Assembly (NCBI GenBank): GCA_963810275.1
Contig: CAWENF010000017.1
Location: forward strand, 64,404-128,403
Reading direction: 5' to 3'
DNA: 64,000 nucleotides
From: an uncultured archaeon
GTDB taxonomy: Archaea > Thermoproteota > Bathyarchaeia > Bathyarchaeales > Bathycorpusculaceae
Numbering within the stretch: position 1 is the stretch's first letter; each line of letters starts with the position of its first letter. The notes beneath the pieces were generated by a model. It saw only the letters and a program-made list of their open reading frames with translations. It had not been told where the DNA came from and did not search any database. Below, piece by piece: positions 60,717-64,000 of this stretch. Made by a program: the position numbers and the translations under genes.

Positions 60717-61079
60717 TTTTTTCTCCTGTTTTTTAGAAGCGTGCATGAATCAGCTAAATATTTTTTGCCTATATGTCAAGTTTTTGTCCTTGAATAGTTG
60801 CGATAAAGAAAAAAGATACAAATAAGCGCAGATTTGTTTTTTAATTTGTAGCAATTTTTTAAAAATGGATTATAGGTCTTTGGAAAATGAAATAGACAGA
60901 TTTATTTTTTATTTATAAAAAATTTCAAATCACAAAAAAGTCAGAAGTTTTAATTTTGAACATAAACCTATTGCCATCTTAAAACGATTTTAATCAACAT
61001 TCAGGTTTTTGTCCCTAACATCATTTTTAATGTCTAAATAGCGATTCAGGGCGAAAGAGATTTAATTAAGGATAATGAA

Positions 61080-62438
61080 ATGAATGCGAAAGTGAACATC
61101 TTGCCAGCGCTAAATAATACAGGAATGGAAGGGAAAGTTATGAATCGTTGGTTGGTTGTTGTTGGCGGCATTCTAATTCAGCTTGCTTTAGGGGCAATTT
61201 ATGCATGGTCTGCATTCACAGGTCCCCTACAAGGGTCAACTGCAATCCCTAGCGAATTCGCTTTTACTAAAACAGAAACCCAAGCAATTTTCAGTGTCGG
61301 CCTGCTCGTCTTTGCAATATTCACAATTATCGGTGGCCGTTTACAAATTAAACAGGGACCGATGAAGGTGGCGTTACTTGGAGGCGTCCTGCTTGGCTTA
61401 GGCTACATACTTGCCTCATTTGTTGGGGCAAGTTTTATTGGAAAACTAATTTTCCTCGGCGTAATTGCGGGAGCAGGAATTGGCTTAGCCTACGTCGTTC
61501 CCATCGCCACGGGAGTTAAATGGTTCCCTGACAAGAAGGGACTAGTCAGCGGCTTAGCAGTCGCAGGTTTCGGATTTGGAGCTTTCATTTGGATTTTGCT
61601 CGCAAACCCACCCAGCGTACTCGGATTCACCGGACTAATCAGCTCCCACACCGGCATGTATACCGTCGCAAACGTTGATTTCGCATTCTTAATCTATGGT
61701 ATTCTATTCTTAGTCTTAGTCCTCGTAGGTTCACTAACAATGAAGAACCCGCCCCCAGGCTATGCACCAAAAGGCTGGACACCCCCAAAGACATCATCAG
61801 GCAAACCCACAAGCGTTACCTCACATAGCCCAAGACAGATGCTAAAATCCAAAAACTTCTACATCCTTTGGACGATGTTTCTCGTCGGAGCACTTGCGGG
61901 CTTAATGGTAATCGGCAACGTACAAAACTTCGCTAAAAGTCCACTAGACGGTTTCACCGCTTATGGATTTAGCCTTCAAGAAGCTATAGACTTCGCAGTA
62001 ATAGGTGCAGCTGTCTGTTTACCCATCTTTAACGGTGCAGGCAGAATCGTGTGGGGACAAATCTCAGATAAAATCGGACGACGCAAGGCACTCATGGCAA
62101 TGTTCGCATTTCAAGCAGTCACAATGGCAGTGTTCTTCTTTACGACCTCAAACCCGATCCTGTTCTACGTCATCGCAGCGCTCATAGGCTTTAACTTCGG
62201 CGGCAACTTTGCACTGTTCCCCTCAGGATGCGCGGACTCTTTTGGAGCCGAAAACCTAGGACTCAACTACGGATTCCTCTTCACCGCATATGGAATCGGC
62301 GGCATCGTTGGACCCATCCTTGCAGGAGTAGTTCAGGATGCAGGGCTAAGCTTCATCTACGCCTTCCTGCCAGCAGCGGTATTGTGCGCCGTAGCAGTCG
62401 GGCTATCGGTCATCTACAAAGAAAGAAAGTGCCTCTGA
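61080..62438 (+). CDS. OFA-family (oxalate:formate antiporter-like) MFS transporter
   Basis: G.IYAWS.F, KWFPDKKGL.SG....GFG.G, NG.GR..WG..SD..GR, FGG.F...P and NYG..F.A.G motifs; start uncertain. Confidence 0.9.
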   Translation: MNAKVNILPALNNTGMEGKVMNRWLVVVGGILIQLALGAIYAWSAFTGPLQGSTAIPSEFAFTKTETQAIFSVGLLVFAIFTIIGGRLQIKQGPMKVALLGGVLLGLGYILASFVGASFIGKLIFLGVIAGAGIGLAYVVPIATGVKWFPDKKGLVSGLAVAGFGFGAFIWILLANPPSVLGFTGLISSHTGMYTVANVDFAFLIYGILFLVLVLVGSLTMKNPPPGYAPKGWTPPKTSSGKPTSVTSHSPRQMLKSKNFYILWTMFLVGALAGLMVIGNVQNFAKSPLDGFTAYGFSLQEAIDFAVIGAAVCLPIFNGAGRIVWGQISDKIGRRKALMAMFAFQAVTMAVFFFTTSNPILFYVIAALIGFNFGGNFALFPSGCADSFGAENLGLNYGFLFTAYGIGGIVGPILAGVVQDAGLSFIYAFLPAAVLCAVAVGLSVIYKERKCL

Positions 62439-62442
62439 AACG

Positions 62443-62490
62443 GAGAAATGCGCGTTTTTCTTGCGCATTCTCTCAAAATTTTTTATTTAT
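62443..62490 (+). terminator. Hairpin plus T-tract terminator after the OFA gene
   Basis: GAGAAATGCGC...GCGCATTCTCTC followed by AAAATTTTTTATTT. Confidence 0.5.
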
Positions 62491-62857
62491 AAAAGTAAAA
62501 GAGACTTTTTGGCATCTATCAACACAGATATTGACGGTAATTTTACAATAAAGTGGAAAAAAGAAAAATCGGCTTATTTAGACAACACCATCGAGATTGG
62601 GTAATTTTTGAGGGGGTAATAAAACAAATACACCTTCCATTAGTGATCAATATACAATAATAATTTCATAATCAAAACAGGAATAATGAAATAAAATATT
62701 CAAAAAAGAAAATAGGTAACTTTCAAAATATTATTTAATAATTAAATATTATTAATAAAAATAAAATTGTTTTATAAAAGCTATGGATTGTCCGGTAATA
62801 ATTTTTTTCGTAGGTTACTAAAAAAAGAAAAAAGTTTGTTTGTATTATCTTTTTATC

Positions 62858-63640
62858 CTATTTTACAATAATTTTTTTGAATTCGCTTCTAATATGTTTA
62901 GGTTTCTCAGATCTATCGTATTGCGCGTAGATTTCGCCCTTGTGGTCCCAGAAATCAAAAGTCTTCGCCCGCCAACCAATATTAAAAGAGCCGTCTTCCT
63001 CAGCATATCCTGCAGCCAAAACCTTATCAAGCAAGAATGACCGATCATGTTCACGTATTGAGACTGGGATTTTGCCTTTACCTTGGCAGTTTTCGCTGAT
63101 TTTGCCTTTAAAATACACAATTTCATCTTTAGCAACTGTTGCCGGCAGATCGTCCAATTCCACTTTAAGCTCTTTATCTAAGCAAACTGGGGCGTCAACC
63201 ATTTCTGGTTCTACAGCTGTTGCGACTGCCGCGGTTTCCATCGCAGGTTGCTTTGTTTCTGCTGGTTTTGCAACTGCCAAGTCTTCGATTTCTGCATTAC
63301 AAGCAGCTTGTACCGCTTTGATTCCGTTCATACACCCCTCTTTAGTTTCATACCCCTCACTCGTAGCTATAATTTCGCCGTTTCTAGCATTTAAGTGAAA
63401 TCTGAATCCACAGCTCTTGTCATAGAAAACTTGGTATTTTGGATTTGGAATTCTTGCTTCTTCAACAGTTAAATCTTCAATTGCTGAACCACAGTTGCTC
63501 TGTACACTCTTTACTCCATTGAGACATCCTGAATGGTTTTCATATGCTTGACTAACAGCCACTATCTGATTATTTGCAGCTCTTAGCCTAAATCTAAATT
63601 TCCCAGCAACATCTTTATAGACTTGATATTTTGCATTCAT
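62858..63640 (-). CDS. YegP-like tandem DUF1508 protein with extra C-terminal beta-rich domain
   Basis: Two repeats of FRF.L.A.N..I.A.S..Y....C.NG...V, an Ala/Pro/Glu linker and a C-terminal domain of about 105 aa. Confidence 0.82.
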   Translation of the reverse strand: MNAKYQVYKDVAGKFRFRLRAANNQIVAVSQAYENHSGCLNGVKSVQSNCGSAIEDLTVEEARIPNPKYQVFYDKSCGFRFHLNARNGEIIATSEGYETKEGCMNGIKAVQAACNAEIEDLAVAKPAETKQPAMETAAVATAVEPEMVDAPVCLDKELKVELDDLPATVAKDEIVYFKGKISENCQGKGKIPVSIREHDRSFLLDKVLAAGYAEEDGSFNIGWRAKTFDFWDHKGEIYAQYDRSEKPKHIRSEFKKIIVK

Positions 63641-64000
63641 TAAAAATCACTACTAACTTGCTAGTTAAACGTGTTAATTAATGTTAAGTTACTTGCTAAT
63701 TTTTTATTTTAAAAGTCTTATTATAATGGGTATATACTCGTTTTCGATACTTTCTAGACTTCTCTTTTCTATCTAAACCAATCAGAAACATCTGTTTATT
63801 CAGGTGGACCATCGAAAACCTATCGAGGTTGGTTGGATTTAAATTTAACCTTTCTCTCTGCTCTCTCTTGAAAACTAACTGCGTCCTCTTGCTCGTACTA
63901 TACTACTAACCCCTAAGCACAACCACAACAACACAACAAGACACAAGCTAACTGCTCTGAATCTTTCAACAAGAAATGGATTTTAGGGTTCAAATTTGAC

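Overview
This is an archaeal chromosome segment whose gene content best fits Bathyarchaeia (inference from eL13, Alba, Rpp30/Pop5, several TrmB regulators, an expanded family of membrane-anchored PQQ-type beta-propeller proteins and a tyrosine-integrase remnant). Core genes include porCDAB, a cobalamin/iron ABC importer, mdh, rpl15e-rpl13e, RNase P subunits, alba, aIF2-beta, uppS, rnhB, tpiA, glycogen debranching enzyme, malic enzyme and an acs/satP/OFA organic-acid cluster. The most notable locus (20.5-25.0 kb) is a divergon in which a LysR regulator faces co-oriented DsrE, TusA/YedF, double-cubane-type Fe-S reductase and selenophosphate synthetase (Cys form) genes; this is a candidate Se/S-delivery system with no Sec or selenouridine machinery in the window. 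Also present are three regulator-plus-surface-beta-propeller cassettes and a decayed integrative island (34.7-43.7 kb) with a tRNA 3' remnant, RHH and integrase pseudogenes and a 48-bp direct repeat. A structured rpl15e leader and a small unannotated membrane ORF are also visible. Several single-base frameshifts may be assembly errors. No CRISPR array, rRNA or intact tRNA was seen.
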